The position numbers and the translations under genes are program-made. A stretch of DNA of 63,594 bases, counting the filler, from Octopus bimaculoides (taxonomy: Eukaryota): NCBI RefSeq assembly GCF_001194135.2. It is 7 parts of 7 records of this genome, joined end to end, with 100 filler letters (N's around TTAATTAATTAA, not from the genome) between each part and the next. Parts side by side here need not be neighbours in the genome. Positions count along the whole stretch, not along the records: positions 1 to 13,234 come from NC_068987.1; positions 13,335 to 40,852 come from NC_068989.1; 5 more parts are not named here. One strand, 5' to 3'. Numbering within the stretch: the first letter of the stretch is position 1; the number at the start of each line of letters is the position of its first letter. The notes below the pieces were generated by a model. The model had not been told where the DNA came from and searched no databases. It saw nothing but the letters and a program-made list of their open reading frames with translations. Shown piece after piece: positions 13,005-26,364 of the stretch.

Positions 13005-13200
13005 TATGGCAGAAACGTTAGCACGCCGGACGAAATGTTCTGCGGCTCTTCGCCTGTCTACAAGTTCTGAGTTCAAATTCCGCCGAGGTCGACTTTGCCT
13101 TTCATCCTTTCGGGGTCGATAAATTAAGTACCAGTTGCGTACTAGGATCGATCTAATCAACTGGCCCCCTCCCTCCTAATTTCAGGCCTTGTGTCTATAG
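13005..13200 (+). mobile_element. SINE family C
   Basis: ggcagaaacgttagcacgccgg...gagttcaaattccgccgaggtcgactttgcctttcatcctttcggggtcg. Confidence 0.9.
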
Positions 13201-13234
13201 TAAAAAGGATTATTATTATTATTATTATTATTAT

Positions 13235-13334
13235 NNNNNNNNNNNNNNNNNNNNNNNNNNNNNNNNNNNNNNNNNNNNTTAATTAATTAANNNNNNNNNN
13301 NNNNNNNNNNNNNNNNNNNNNNNNNNNNNNNNNN
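13235..13334. other. Artificial 100-bp join linker (six-frame stop spacer)
   Basis: 44 N + TTAATTAATTAA + 44 N. Confidence 0.95.
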
Positions 13335-13543
13335 GCTATATATTTTGTACTATTCTGGCAAAACTAATTGTTGTGAATTGGTCTGATTTCTGGGAGCATT
13401 ATTCTCCAAAATAGACTTTCTTCATATTATTTTTCTCAAAGCAAACATATCAAGGATAGTAACTAGATTAGTTTCAGATTTGTTCGTCAAACATTCATAC
13501 AGTTGGGGATTCAAAGTATCTGCTACTCCCTTTTTAAAATTTG

Positions 13544-13955
13544 GGCGCAGGAGTGGCTGTGTGGTAAGTAACTTGCTTACCAACTACATGGTTCCGGGTT
13601 CAGTCCCACTGTGTGGCACCTTGGGCAAGTGTCTTCTACTATAGCCTCGGGCTGACCAAAGCCTTGTAAGCGGATTTGGTAGACAGAAAATGAAAGAAGC
13701 CTGTCGTACATTTGTATATATATGTATGTATGTGTGTGTATATGTTTGTGTGTCTGTGTTTGTCCCCCCAGCATCGCTTGACAACCGATGGTGGTGTGTT
13801 TATGTCCCCGTAGCTTAGCGGTTTGGCAAAAGAGACCAATAGAATAAGTACTAGGCTTCCAAAGAATAAGTCCTGGGGTTGATTTGCTCGACTAAAAGGT
13901 GGTGCTCCAGCATGGCCACAGTCAAATGACTGAAACAAGTAAAAGAGTAAAAGAG
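13544..13955 (+). mobile_element. SINE family A, full length, tRNA-derived
   Basis: Head GGCGCAGGAGTGGCTGTGTGG, B-box-like GGTTCAGTCCC, internal microsatellite and (GTAAAAGA)n-type tail. Confidence 0.93.
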
Positions 13956-13966
13956 CAAATATATAC

Positions 13967-14014
<48 letters not shown>

Positions 14015-14573
14015 TATATGATGTATGATACATGATTTCTATGCATATATATTGTATATAATATAATATCCTATAATATAATATACATATACATACACAC
14101 ACATGCATACATACATACATACATACATACATACATACATACATACATACATACATACGTATACAGACACACGAATACGTGTGTGTCTATGTTTATGTGA
14201 ATGTGCGTGTGCGTGCCTGTGTATGAGAAGAGTATATCTTGACATTTCTCATTCAGATAGGATAGAAAAGCAGTTTCGAAGGTTGAACCGGAAGCATCAT
14301 CAAAAGCTGCAACAATAACAGCACTGACAGCAACAACGCTGTTAACAGCAATTACAACAGGAAGCATACCGTTGCCAATTATGCTTTCTAATTTTGTCAC
14401 AAGGCCAGTAATTTTGAGGGGGTGGTGGTTAATCGATATCATGTTTCAGTACTTGAATGGTATTTCATTTTATTATATAGACGGCCGAAAGAATGACCTC
14501 GACAGCATTTGAACTCAGAACGTAAAGTGCCAGGAGAAAGGCTACAAAGGTATTTAGACCAATGCACTGGTGG

Positions 14574-14613
<40 letters not shown>

Positions 14614-14623
14614 NNNNNNNNNN

Positions 14624-14668
<45 letters not shown>

Positions 14669-14796
14669 CACATCAAACAGTTAAAAGTAGACTATAAAGT
14701 AGACCTTCATTGTAATAGCAACTTAATGCTTGACTAAAAGTTAATACAAAAGCGCATGTCCAGGATCCAGAACAGCACATATCTGTTTATCTCCTT

Positions 14797-15341
14797 ATCT
14801 CTACTAAATGTCACTACCCTGTTTTATTTGTATGGAGAGCGAAGACGATGCCACCTTAATTCTTTCTTCCTTTCTACTCAGCACCGTGCATTCCTTACCC
14901 GTTCCCTCCCTTCTACACTATCAACTAACAACCAGCAAGCGAACTTGTCACTGCCACTACAATTACCGTATTTTCCTGTGTATAAGCCGCTATTTGTTTT
15001 GTTTTACTTTCATGTTTTGATAATGTTATTTTTAATCTAATAAAGACTTTTATTTTAATGTGTTTGTTGTTGATTATAGTAAGATAAAATCATGACAATA
15101 ACAATAAATTTCATAGTTGTAAAATAAGGCATTTTCAAACTACATATACGTCAACAACAAAAAAGCTAGCTACGGACTCGTTGTTCTATAGGTCATTTAA
15201 ACACCGGCGCGCTTTATGTGTGGATAAAACACCGATGTCGGGCAAAAGAATAAAAATATGTAAATAATATTTCTTCCTTCTTGGTGTTGATTCTTCGATG
15301 GTGTTGATTCTACGAACAGAGTGGTGACATTTAGTAGAGAT
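14797..15341. mobile_element. Putative non-autonomous TIR element
   Basis: 27-bp inverted repeats at 14797-14823 and 15315-15341 with 2 mismatches; no TSD seen. Confidence 0.5.
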
Positions 15342-16494
15342 GAACCGGAAGTTGTTCCTCTTCGATCACTATCGTAAACAGCAGTAGATTTCTTCCATCG
15401 AATACACGTCGTTGATTGGTTGAAATTACCCAAATACGACAACTTTAACACAAAATAACTTTTAAAATATGAAATTTTATCAAAAACGTTCAGAGTAAAC
15501 CGTGTTCTACGTGAGAAATTCTACCAGTATTCGAAGTTTCAAACTGTTTAGTTTTAAAAAAATTATTAAAAAATCTGTGAATGAGATGGAATAGATCCAT
15601 ATTTATGGCTCGGTCAACCTTAGCCACATTACACTGTTCAGTGACGGAGTATAACGATCAGACTATTAACCGTTGTTTCGGTTCGATTGTTCAATACTTT
15701 AATTAGTCATCAACCTGTGACTCTTTTTACAGCATAAATCACAAAATTAAAACCAAAGATTCTCGAAGAAATTTTTTAAATTCTCTAAACTAGGGCGCTA
15801 TACAGATTATAGTAGATTGTTACAGATTATATGGCTTCTGCTGAAAATTGAATCCGTATCACAAACCTACAACTCGCTGTTATAGACAAAAAAAAAAAAT
15901 TGAAACAAATTTAGTTAATTTGCCAAGAACATAAAAATAACTGCAACATGGCACAATCAGTTATGTAGAAATCATGTTCTTTTTGCAAGAACACACATTT
16001 ATAAGGAAACTTTAGCCAAGCAGTGATTCTACATCTACTTACAAGACAATTAAATTAAATATCGCAATGGTATCTTAAGTACGGAACTTAAGTCTAAGAT
16101 CTTAAGTAAGATACCATAACGGTATTTCATTTGCTGTCTCACGTCTTTGACTCGAAATCCCGCTGGGATTGGAATTTATTTCCATCATTCCAGAGTCTAT
16201 AAAATATTCCAGTAATATAATACTGTTGAGTTCATCGACTATAACCCACATCCCCTCCTTCGACTATAACCTATACACTTCTCCTTTGATTCTACCTCAC
16301 ACTCCTCCTTCAACTATATCCTACACTCCTCCTTCCATTATAGCTCTCACTTCTCTCTCCTTCTACCGAAAGGGCTTGTGCTTAAGACGGAACAAATAAT
16401 CTTATCTCACCGCTTAGCACATGGTATCGTGTGCCAAACAGGAAGAATTATGATTCCAGCGGGTCGAGTCTGCGAAACAGGTTTCATTTTATTT

Positions 16495-16790
16495 TCTTCT
16501 TGTTTCAGTCATTGGACTGCGGCCATGCTGGGGTACAGCCTTGAAGAGTTTAGTTGAACAAATCAACTCCAGTACTTTATTTATTTATTTGTAAATCTAG
16601 TGTTTATTCTATCCGTTCCTTCTTTGCCGAACCGCTTAAGCAACAATGACATAAACAAATTAACACCGGTTATCAAGCTGTGGTGGGTAACAAATACAAA
16701 GAGCTTCCATTTACCAAACCCATTCACAAGGATTTGGTCGGCCCTTGTTGTTCCAGGTTCAGTCTTACTGAAACCGGAACAATAAGATTA
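16495..16790 (-). mobile_element. SINE family A, internally deleted
   Basis: gtttcagtcattggactgcggccatgctgg...ccgaaccgc...ttccatttaccaaacccattcacaagg. Confidence 0.8.
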
Positions 16791-17478
16791 AGAAACTTCA
16801 GTTTTATCATTGGGGAAAATACAAATACCAATACAATTCCAGTTCCTATTCCTTTTCTTACTCCAGCTTGGCCAGTATACCCACGAAGGAAAGAAGCAAT
16901 CAACGAAAGAAAAGTCACTGGCTACAATTTTGTGTTGGCGCTTTTTCGATGTCTTCTTGAAACTCCTTTTGTGAAGCTGTATAAAGTTTGTGTCAGCGTG
17001 TAGTGGCCCATTGCCTTATGTTACCAGCTTTTCTAGATGTCATAGATTCATGTTATTGCCCTTGCTGACGTTGTTGTTGATGTTGTTTTGTTGTTGTTGT
17101 TCTTGTTATTGTTTTTGCTGTTGTTGTTGTTGGTGCTGTTGTTGTTGCTGTCGTTATTTGACTCCAGTAGAAGTTGAAGGGGCTGTTTCCACGGCCTCTT
17201 CCCGGTTGTCTCAGACGAGTGAGATCTATATGGTCAAAATTGCTATAGCACCGCTGTAAGTTGACAGCGGCAGGAGCAAAGAAAAACGAGCAGGGAGGGA
17301 TTTCCAAGGGATGAGATGTTTCGGAGAGAGAAGGACGGCTCGTTGTAGTCGATGCGAGGGTAAAGAGATGTGTGAACGTAACTGAAGTGACGTAAGGAAG
17401 AGAAATAGGTGAAACTCCTATTAAATTCTATTACACACTGACACAAATATATATATCCTTATTACAAAGCTTATCTAC

Positions 17479-17509
<31 letters not shown>

Positions 17510-17626
17510 GTTTTAAACGCGCGCGCGCGCAAATTATCTGGCCCGTATATGTGCCTTATTTATCACACCGCCTCTTATATCCAACCCCTTTTTGATGTGT
17601 GCTGTGTGCATTTGTTAGTATCTCTG

Positions 17627-17682
<56 letters not shown>

Positions 17683-17692
17683 NNNNNNNNNN

Positions 17693-17747
<55 letters not shown>

Positions 17748-18244
17748 AAGAGAGAGAGAGAATTAGAGTGGTTTTGTGGCAAATGATACTATCCTACCGT
17801 ATCGCTTCCTAACAATATTTCTACCTTACTCCCGATTTAAGTGACGTCAATCTATATCAGCTAGACACGTTGTGTTAATAAAGGAGCATCTACATAATCG
17901 CTTAAGGTTATTTTTCCGTTTGTTATACAATCAATCTCTGGTGATTTCATGATGCTTTCTAGCTTGCATAACAAATTTTCATTAATGAAATACATGTAAG
18001 GTTAAGTGTAAATTCTTATCTCCATCTTTGTTTGAAACACACACACGCGCGCGCGTGCACTATGTTGTGACAGCACACCTGTAATGCAAGTCTGATGAAG
18101 TGTGCCTCTCTAATGTCTAAAACTGTAAACATTACGTAAATTTATCACTTCGAATTTTTGCCTAAACTGGCGTTGCAAGTAAGGTTGGTACAGAAACAAT
18201 TGTAAGGAATCATCAAAGATATGTTAAAGAATTTTCTTTGGGTG

Positions 18245-18284
<40 letters not shown>

Positions 18285-18287
<3 letters not shown>

Positions 18288-18700
18288 TCCCTATCATCTT
18301 CATTTGACGTCCGTTTTCCATGCTGAGATGGGTCGGACATTTTCACAGGAGCTGGCGAGCCGATGGGATGCACCAGGTTCAATTGTCTGTTTTGTCATGG
18401 TTTCTACGGCTGGATACCCTTCCAAACGCCAACCACTTTGCATAGTGTACTCGGTGCCTTTAATGTGGCACCAGCACAAGTGTTTTGTTACGTGACCCTA
18501 GCACAGGTGCATTTTACGCGGCACCAGCGGTGTCACTAATTAGCTTGCAAGACAAATAATATCTCACAGCTGAGAGAGGGAGTGGAACCGAGAGAAGTGG
18601 CTGTGTGCCAGGGGAGAGATTAGAGTATAACAGAGGAGAGATTAGAGTATAACAAAGAGATTAGCGTATACTATAGAGGAGACACTTTGGCTACGCCGGT
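18285..18700. repeat. Interspersed repeat with an internal 17-21 bp tandem unit
   Basis: gacgtccgttttccatgctg...tccaaacgccaaccact; gagagattagagtataaca repeated about 3 times at 18624-18675. Confidence 0.55.
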
Positions 18701-21351
18701 AGGACAAAGAAAGTGGGAAAGACTTAGAGAGAAAGATATAAAGACAGTCAGAGAGAGAGAGAGAGAGAGAAAGAGAGTAATGGATGGTGTTGGAGATGTA
18801 TTGGGACCAACACACAGGGAACATCGGTGTGCGGAGTATAAGTAGTACGGAGGAGATAGAGGGGATATTGTATAAGAGTATGAGAGGAAATGTTTAGAGA
18901 TGGGGAAGATATTACTCAGAACGTAGCGACGGGCGAAATACCGCCAAGCATTTCGCCTGGTGTGCTAACGAGTCTGCCAGCTCACCGCTTTAATTCTGTA
19001 AATAATAATAATATCTTATAAGCTTAAGCTTTTAAGTAATCACCATAAATTGACTAAAGAAAATAGTGTGATAGTGGGGCATATAAACCCTCGACGGAAA
19101 ATCTTACTTTTTTCTGTCGAGGGCTCCAATATTAAACTATTTTCTTCAGCCAATACACGGTGACCGTTTAAAAGATTTAAGCTTATAATATCACATGCAC
19201 GCGCGTGTGAATGAATGAAATGAGTTTTTGCTCGGTATCCGCCAGCCAAATCTCACTCTCCAAATCTGTTTTTACTGGCGGTCCAAAGGTTGTACTGTGA
19301 TAGAAAGTGTTTCTTTCAATGTTCCACACTGAAGTAGAACCACTGTATTACTAAGCCAACTTCTTAACCGCTCTTTGTCATGATTGCAATCTTTCCAGTA
19401 AAATGACGCTTCTAATAACAAAATTACAAGTCAATCAAAATAAACTACATAATTTTTAGTCGCAATTCATCAGAAATAATATCTTAATTTTATATATTTA
19501 AAACTGTTGATATATTTGCATAATTATGAATTCCACATTAAGTCTTAGCATTAGAATGTAATATAAATATAATATATCAGATGCAAAGAAAAAAAAGGGA
19601 AAACGAAATCTGTAGATAAAAGAGACCGGGTATTTTACATTATCCTGCTACTTAATTTTTAAATTCTGAATATTACTTTTATGTTGAAGTAGTTAAAGTA
19701 GGTAAATGTTTAGTGTCTGTAAATTTGCAACGTAATCGTGCACTTTTATGTTTTAATCTCACGGCGAACAGCGAAATTTTGAACGATGACACATATTCAT
19801 TCTTAATACATTCCGTCAGATTTGAGCGTAAATATACTAATCACTGGTATTTCGTCATTGGGGAACAACTTCGTTTAAACAAATGTGTCGATTGGCCAAA
19901 TCTATAACATGTGTAACAAAATATTAAATTTTTTTTATCTCTTTGGACAGTGATTGTTATTTCCTATTTGATTCTATCTAAAAATCAAAGGAAATAACTA
20001 TTCCCTTCAGACTTTGATTTTGTTAGCTGCATATCAATGTTTTGAAACTGATCTATTTTCCATTACATTTTAGACAAATTCACCACTGAGTTGCTGAAGC
20101 AGAAATATCGTTATAGCAAATATTCTGCTTAATACCACAGATTTGCCTGTCATTTGCTTGACTTTAATCACTTGAGCATGTCCCTTAATGGCTGAGCAAC
20201 AGTAGTGGGGAAACATCATAGTCATGTGTTGAGTGGGGTTCCTCAGGATTATAATAAATGTAACAAGAGCAAATTCTGAAGAAAATGTCAGTCATTTTTC
20301 ATACTTTCTAGGGGTAAGCAAATAGGAAATAACAGTTTCTACTCAAGGACAAAAATCGTGTTACACAATGTAATTTGTATAATTTTGACAAAAAAGAATA
20401 AAGAAAAGAAAATGAACGATTGGCGGCCAAAGCTATATGCAGGCTTAATACTTGCACTTTACATACTAATGTACTAGTGCGGATAAAAAAAAGTCTACAA
20501 TCACTCTCAAAGTATAATGAAAAATCTCATTAAGAACACTTCATTAAGACTCTCAGATTTACCTTCCAATAGCTCGATATGCAACGAAATTTCAACACCT
20601 GACAATAAAGCAATACACAAAAGTGGATATAGAGAAAGAAGTTCAATATACAATTCACACAACACCATCTCCCAAAAGGAAAATGGAAAAAGGGACAAAA
20701 AATCATTTAATTCAACCTTCAACCTAAATGATGAGCTTTCGCTCAGTATCCATCTATTTATTAAAATCCAACATAAACGATTCTAGCACCTGTTGAAAAC
20801 CTGTCATTAACATGGATTGTTTTTAGTAGTGCGGCTCACATGATGATGAGCCATGTCTCATGCAGCCCTCTTCCCCCAAAATTGCTGTTTATGACTGTTC
20901 TTCAACAAGGAACTTTACTAAAAACAAGCTAAATTATAATCGCCAGAAGTTATCTAAATGTTACGACCAAAACCAAATACCAAGGCTAACCAACTGCAAC
21001 TGTAATGTTTCTTCGTCTCAAGAGAAATTGCATCGATATAATTGTAATCAAACATAACATAGTAGTATGAGATATTGCATAGATATTAATTGCCACTGTG
21101 TTTAACTGTAATTAAACATAATAATTCATTGGGTGCACGTAGTGTAACGAGAACCAAAATAATCACGCGTCTATTTATTCGCAATACGTTCGGGCAGATT
21201 CGAACAGCGATTTGATATTCACGTTCAAATCTGCAAGACCGTATTGAGTATAAATAGACAGTTTTATAGTTAACTACTTCGGTGTATACTCAGACATAGA
21301 CTGTCATTGCATTTATAAATGAATTAAAATTAAACATAACACAGTATTATA

Positions 21352-21789
21352 CTCTTTTTCTCTCTTTTACTCTTTTACTTGCTTCAGTCATTTGACTGCA
21401 GCCATGCTGGAGCACAACCTTTAGTCGAGCAAATCGACCCCAGGACTTATTCTTTGTAAGCCTAGTACTTATTCTATCGGTCNNNNNNNNNNGGACTTAT
21501 TCTTTGTAAGCCTAGTACTTATTCTATCGGTCTCTTTTTGCCGAACTGCTAAGTTACGGGGACGTAAACACACCAGCATCGGTTGTCAAGCGATGGTGGG
21601 GGGACAAACACGCATACAAACATATACGACGGTCTTATTTCAGTTTCCGTCTACCAAATCCACTCACAAGGCCTTGGTCGGCCCGAGGCTATAGTAGAAG
21701 ACACTTGCCCAAGGTGCCACGCAGTGGGACTGAACCCAGAACCATGTGGTTGATAGGCAAGCTACTTACCACACAGCCACTCCTGCGCC
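21352..21789 (-). mobile_element. SINE family A, near full length
   Basis: Reverse complement of 13544-13955; ends ccactcctgcgcc. Confidence 0.93.
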
Positions 21790-23429
21790 TATACAAAATT
21801 TCACAGTTAGATACAGTTTAGAAGTTTCAAAAAATGAAAGTAAATTAACTGGAAATTAAGACAGTGATAGCCTTTATAATTTCATGCAAACAAATCTATG
21901 TAATATAGCTATTGTATAGAACGTACTTATATTTTATATAATATGAGAAAGCTTACATATATAAGATGAAAATCATATTTTTAATGGTCATTATCTGTTA
22001 TTTCTGAAATACGATATCACAAGAAGGTACTATACTATTAGGAGCCTGTAGATGAGGCATAATGATGGGGTTCTGTTAATAAAATTAATATTAGATGATT
22101 TCACCAGTTCGCTCTACGTATTCTATGAAATTATGCATGTTACTGTCGCTACTTCCAATTATCTTCCAATTTTTTTTTTTAAATCCCAAACTGCAAGTTA
22201 ACCAACTTTATGGTATGTTCTCATAAATATTAATCGCCACTGCGTTTGTAAATTAATTGTAATTAAATTAATCATAATTGAACATAGATTGGTTTTCTAC
22301 TGAACTTTAGTAAGGGGGATGCCCCTACACACTAATCGCAATGACAGTTAAATTTATTAGATACATTAGACAGTTGTGAAAGTGTGTCATGTTTACACTT
22401 CACAGTTTTACATTCTTCATATTGGAGATGAATGTTTTACTTGCAATTTTGATCTCCTGGGTATCTGATGTTGTCCATGACCAGGTAGCATTATTTTACA
22501 AGTTCACTACGACACAAGCAAAATTAGCGCCACTAAGCGGTTGATTATCATACTAGAAATAGCAACCCAATTTATCACATATCACACCCTGCCATATCAC
22601 AACCGGAGATTAGGTAATGTAATTCTAGATGATATAGATTTGGAAAACACCTTTGATCATAAGTCTGCTCGAACAGAACTGAACTGGGGCTAAACGATAA
22701 GCAATTTACCGTTTTCCATCATTCTTATTATTGATGTATTCTTGCAGATTTGAAAATAAATGTGTTAATTGCTGTCGTATTTCGCCTTTGGAGAAAAATT
22801 TGTCTAATCAGACGATGTTTGTTTACGATGCATTCGTTTCATTAGGGCAAGAGGACTTTGTGATACTTCGATGTTTCCACCTGGCTGGGTCTCAGCAGTC
22901 TAAGCTACTCCTGGATTAATGAACTAGATAAGACTGGGGGCTCTTGTTTTTAAAATCCAGCAAACAAATTATTTACTGATGTGTGCTGATGTCTGCTAAA
23001 GCAAAAGCAGATTAATATACATCAGTGTTTATAAAACTTTCACAAAAGAATTACAAATATTATTTAAAAATATAAAGCTTGGAAATAGAGATGGGTTTGT
23101 ATGGATTAAGGGTATGAGAGAAACGCATCGTAATTAGCTTGAAATTATATTACTTTGCTCGTTAAAATCCATGTCACCCACCACAAATCTCATAACAAAA
23201 ACATGGTAACACATGCAGCGATCTCAAAATAAAATGACAAACAAATTATTACTTTAAGAAGACATCCTTATTATTAGCATCGTCACCAAATATTGTTTCA
23301 GTGGATCCAATTGTCCCCCACATTTGTCAAAAAAATAAGCTAATTCTTCTACTGGCCTTCCAGAAGCTGGGCTTCGTAGGCTGAAGAGTTTTTTTTTTTT
23401 TTCATACGAACATATGAAGAAGATATAAT

Positions 23430-23680
23430 TGTCAACTATTTCAACTGTCCCAAAGAAAAGACAAAATTAGAATATGTGAAACCCACCAAAAATTGGAATA
23501 AAGTAACACAAAAACTATGAAACCAAAGAACAAGAGCTCAAAGAAACAAAACTGGTTCTGCTACACATGAAGACATAATATAAGAGAGATAAGAAGGTTC
23601 AAGAAAAGGCAAGCAATTTCCATAAAACACAATGTTCCGAAATTACAAGAATAGCTTTACAAATACTTTTATCTCTTCAA
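23430..23680 (+). mobile_element. R4/NeSL-like pre-RT region fragment
   Basis: IRRFKKR...NMFRNYKNSF resembles the RLRRY..R...QN.MF..N...FY motif upstream of the RT. Confidence 0.45.
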
Positions 23681-25850
23681 ANNNNNNNNNNNNNNNNNNN
23701 NNNNNNNNNNNNNNNNNNNNNNNNNNNNNNNNNNNNNNNNNNNNNNNNNNNNNNNNNNNNNNNNNNNNNNNNNNNNNNNNNNNNNNNNNNNNNNNNNNNN
23801 NNNNNNNNNNNNNNNNNNNNNNNNNNNNNNNNNNNNNNNNNNNNNNNNNNNNNNNNNNNNNNNNNNNNNNNNNNNNNNNNNNNNNNNNNNNNNNNNNNNN
23901 NNNNNNNNAAAGTGGCAAGACAAGTCACCAGAAAGGCAATTTCCCGCGGTGGTTAAAGGTCAGACTATATATTTACTTTACATCGACCTCGTTGTAACAG
24001 ATGTTAATGAAATACTAACCACATTTGCATAAGCACCTGCATCACAACTATGTAAGGAAGAACATAAAGGGAGATTCAGAAGTTTGTTCTATATATCAAA
24101 GCACCAGTATTTCACCACAAAAGTCTGTTGGCAATCTAAGTTCTCTACCTTAGTGTGTTTCCGTTTCTCATAGCGGAATCAGCCCCCCCCCCATCTACTG
24201 GGAAGAGCCATGGACATTTCGAAATTATATAAAACATAAAATGGGGAAACGCCTGTCAGAGGCAGCTAAAAAAAAGCTCAATGAAGCTATCAGCTAAGAG
24301 AGACGATAGCTAGAGCTGAAAAAGAATACTGCAAGCCGCTAAACAGAGAATAGATGGAGGAAAACTCAAATTGAAATAGATCCACCGTGCAAGTTCTTTT
24401 GGTAGTCTTCATAGCCGTGTGGTATACGCCATAATTTAGGGGAATAAGATCACTCGAAGGTTCCGAGTTCAATCCCCAATAGAAATAGCATTTCGAAAAC
24501 AGCAGGGCTAGATGAGCCCTGCTCCATTTGATTGTTAGGAACCAATGGGCTGAAACATTCTGCTGTCCACTCGCCAGTAACACGTTTCCATTTACTTATG
24601 TGGGACCAAACAGAAGAAATAGAAGACAATCCTAATAGACATTGATATTTCCAGTTAATAATTATCTACCCCAGAAATTGTGTAGACCTTTTCTAAAAAT
24701 TAATATTGGACTCTTTCTTAGATTAGTAAAATACGTTGCGATGAACTAATACATTGACCAACATAGCTAACTTGTAACTAGATTTAACGTAAATCGCCAC
24801 GACAGACGATTCTAATCTGAAATTAAATTCTGGAGTAACTTCCCGTTGCTTTCTCCATTTATATATGAGATTAAACTCACAAACTAATCATAATATAACA
24901 CAAGGCTTCTCCTGAGTTTCGAACCAAAGCTCTCAGACTTCCCCAGTTCAGGACCACGACCTATTGTATCATCGTAAAAGGAAAAGTGTTACCATAAAAT
25001 CATTAATGCAAACGTGAATATGGCTTGATATTCTTATTATTATGGCTGATGTGATGAACTTCAAAGAAAGTGTGCGAGTTTTCCTGCCAAATATCTTGAA
25101 CGAAGGTTCTCAAAAATTTGGCTTATGGTAATAAAAAGCTGGCAAGTTCAACTTCAGACTAGAGTCACTCACCCATCTAGATGCAACTATGTCACTTTGC
25201 TCAGTGAGTTAATCTCTCGCTTCCACTTACGTTTCGGCAAATGTGGGGGACAACTGGATCCACTGAAACAATATTTGGCACCACTTGCATATCATCTAGC
25301 ACATTGTATTATTCCTTAGTATTATGTTCGTTGTTTCATGAACATTGTTCCATTAAATTATTTATATGTACACATGTGAATATTAGCGATGCAGGTTTAT
25401 AAAATATATGAAAACTCAAATATTACTGTGGCTATTCTTGTCTTCACACGCAACCTACGTAATATTGTGGACTCTTGTTAAAGAAAACACAACAAAACTC
25501 CATACTAAAACTCATTAATTATATGATAGTGATGGGGTGATTATATGATATTGATGGGAACTATGGGGTGACCAACGTATAATGTTTATTTGGAGTCAGG
25601 GCGAATGGTTAAATGTTAAATATTTTTCTCGTAGGTATAACTAAACGTTGGTGATATGATACGAACTACTGACACCGTAGTCGATAGTCCGACAATGCAT
25701 CGATTGGGTCAGCTGCTAAAACTAGGATGTTGCTTGTGAATAAATCTCAGTCAGAATCTAAACAAATTCAATTCCCCATTTGATCTGACGTTACTGTAAA
25801 AGATAAACAAATCAGTTATTTGTCGTCTGATTGATGTGTCATGTCTGTAG

Positions 25851-25877
25851 GGTTAGAAGATATTAGTGAAGGAAGTG
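25851..25877 (+). CDS. Candidate 27-nt symmetric phase-1 micro-exon (xLEDISEGSx) of an unidentified gene
   Basis: TGTAG| acceptor, |GTAAGT donor, CTGAT branch-like site about 20 nt upstream, length divisible by 3, one open frame. Confidence 0.3.
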
Positions 25878-25998
25878 GTAAGTCTTTCAAGTCATAACGA
25901 TCAGGAAACGAAGAGAACGGAATTTTAGAGCTGGAAAACATGAAATCCTTTGTGTTGTAAAACCTAATGTAAACTGAGTGAGTTCATATGTCGGTGGT

Positions 25999-26067
<69 letters not shown>

Positions 26068-26364
26068 TATGATGATGGTGATGATGATGATGATGATTTT
26101 TTTTATTTGCTACAGGTGCATCAAATGTGGTGGACACTACAAGGAAAGATTACAATTTGGCTGTGGGATTTACATAAAAGTTGAGGTGAAAGAAAGGGAG
26201 AAAAGGGAAAATGATGTAAAAAGTGTACATACTATGCAAAATAAGTGAACACATGAATGAGGCAAGCTTCATGATACAGAACCTCCATATAGGGTCAAGC
26301 AAGGAACCCCACGGATCCAAGTTCACCCTGACCATCAATGGGCCCAACTATTGTGCTCCAGTCT

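Noticed and set aside
6640-13620. tRNA genes at SINE heads
   Set aside because: A and B boxes are present but there is no complete cloverleaf, and each runs into a multicopy SINE body.
12759-17849. Two perfect CRE sites (TGACGTCA at 12759 and 17842)
   Set aside because: Two 8-mers in 63 kb is near chance expectation, and no gene is linked to them.
20517-21057. Two Asn/Ser-rich ORFs as a host exon
   Set aside because: No recognisable domain, and 20821-20885 is homologous to 56611-56678, so it is part of a dispersed repeat.
22746-23010. TIR-domain-like peptide (FVYDAFVSLGQEDFV)
   Set aside because: Only a box-1-like match, followed by stops, and its start resembles an inverted local repeat near 21200-21236.
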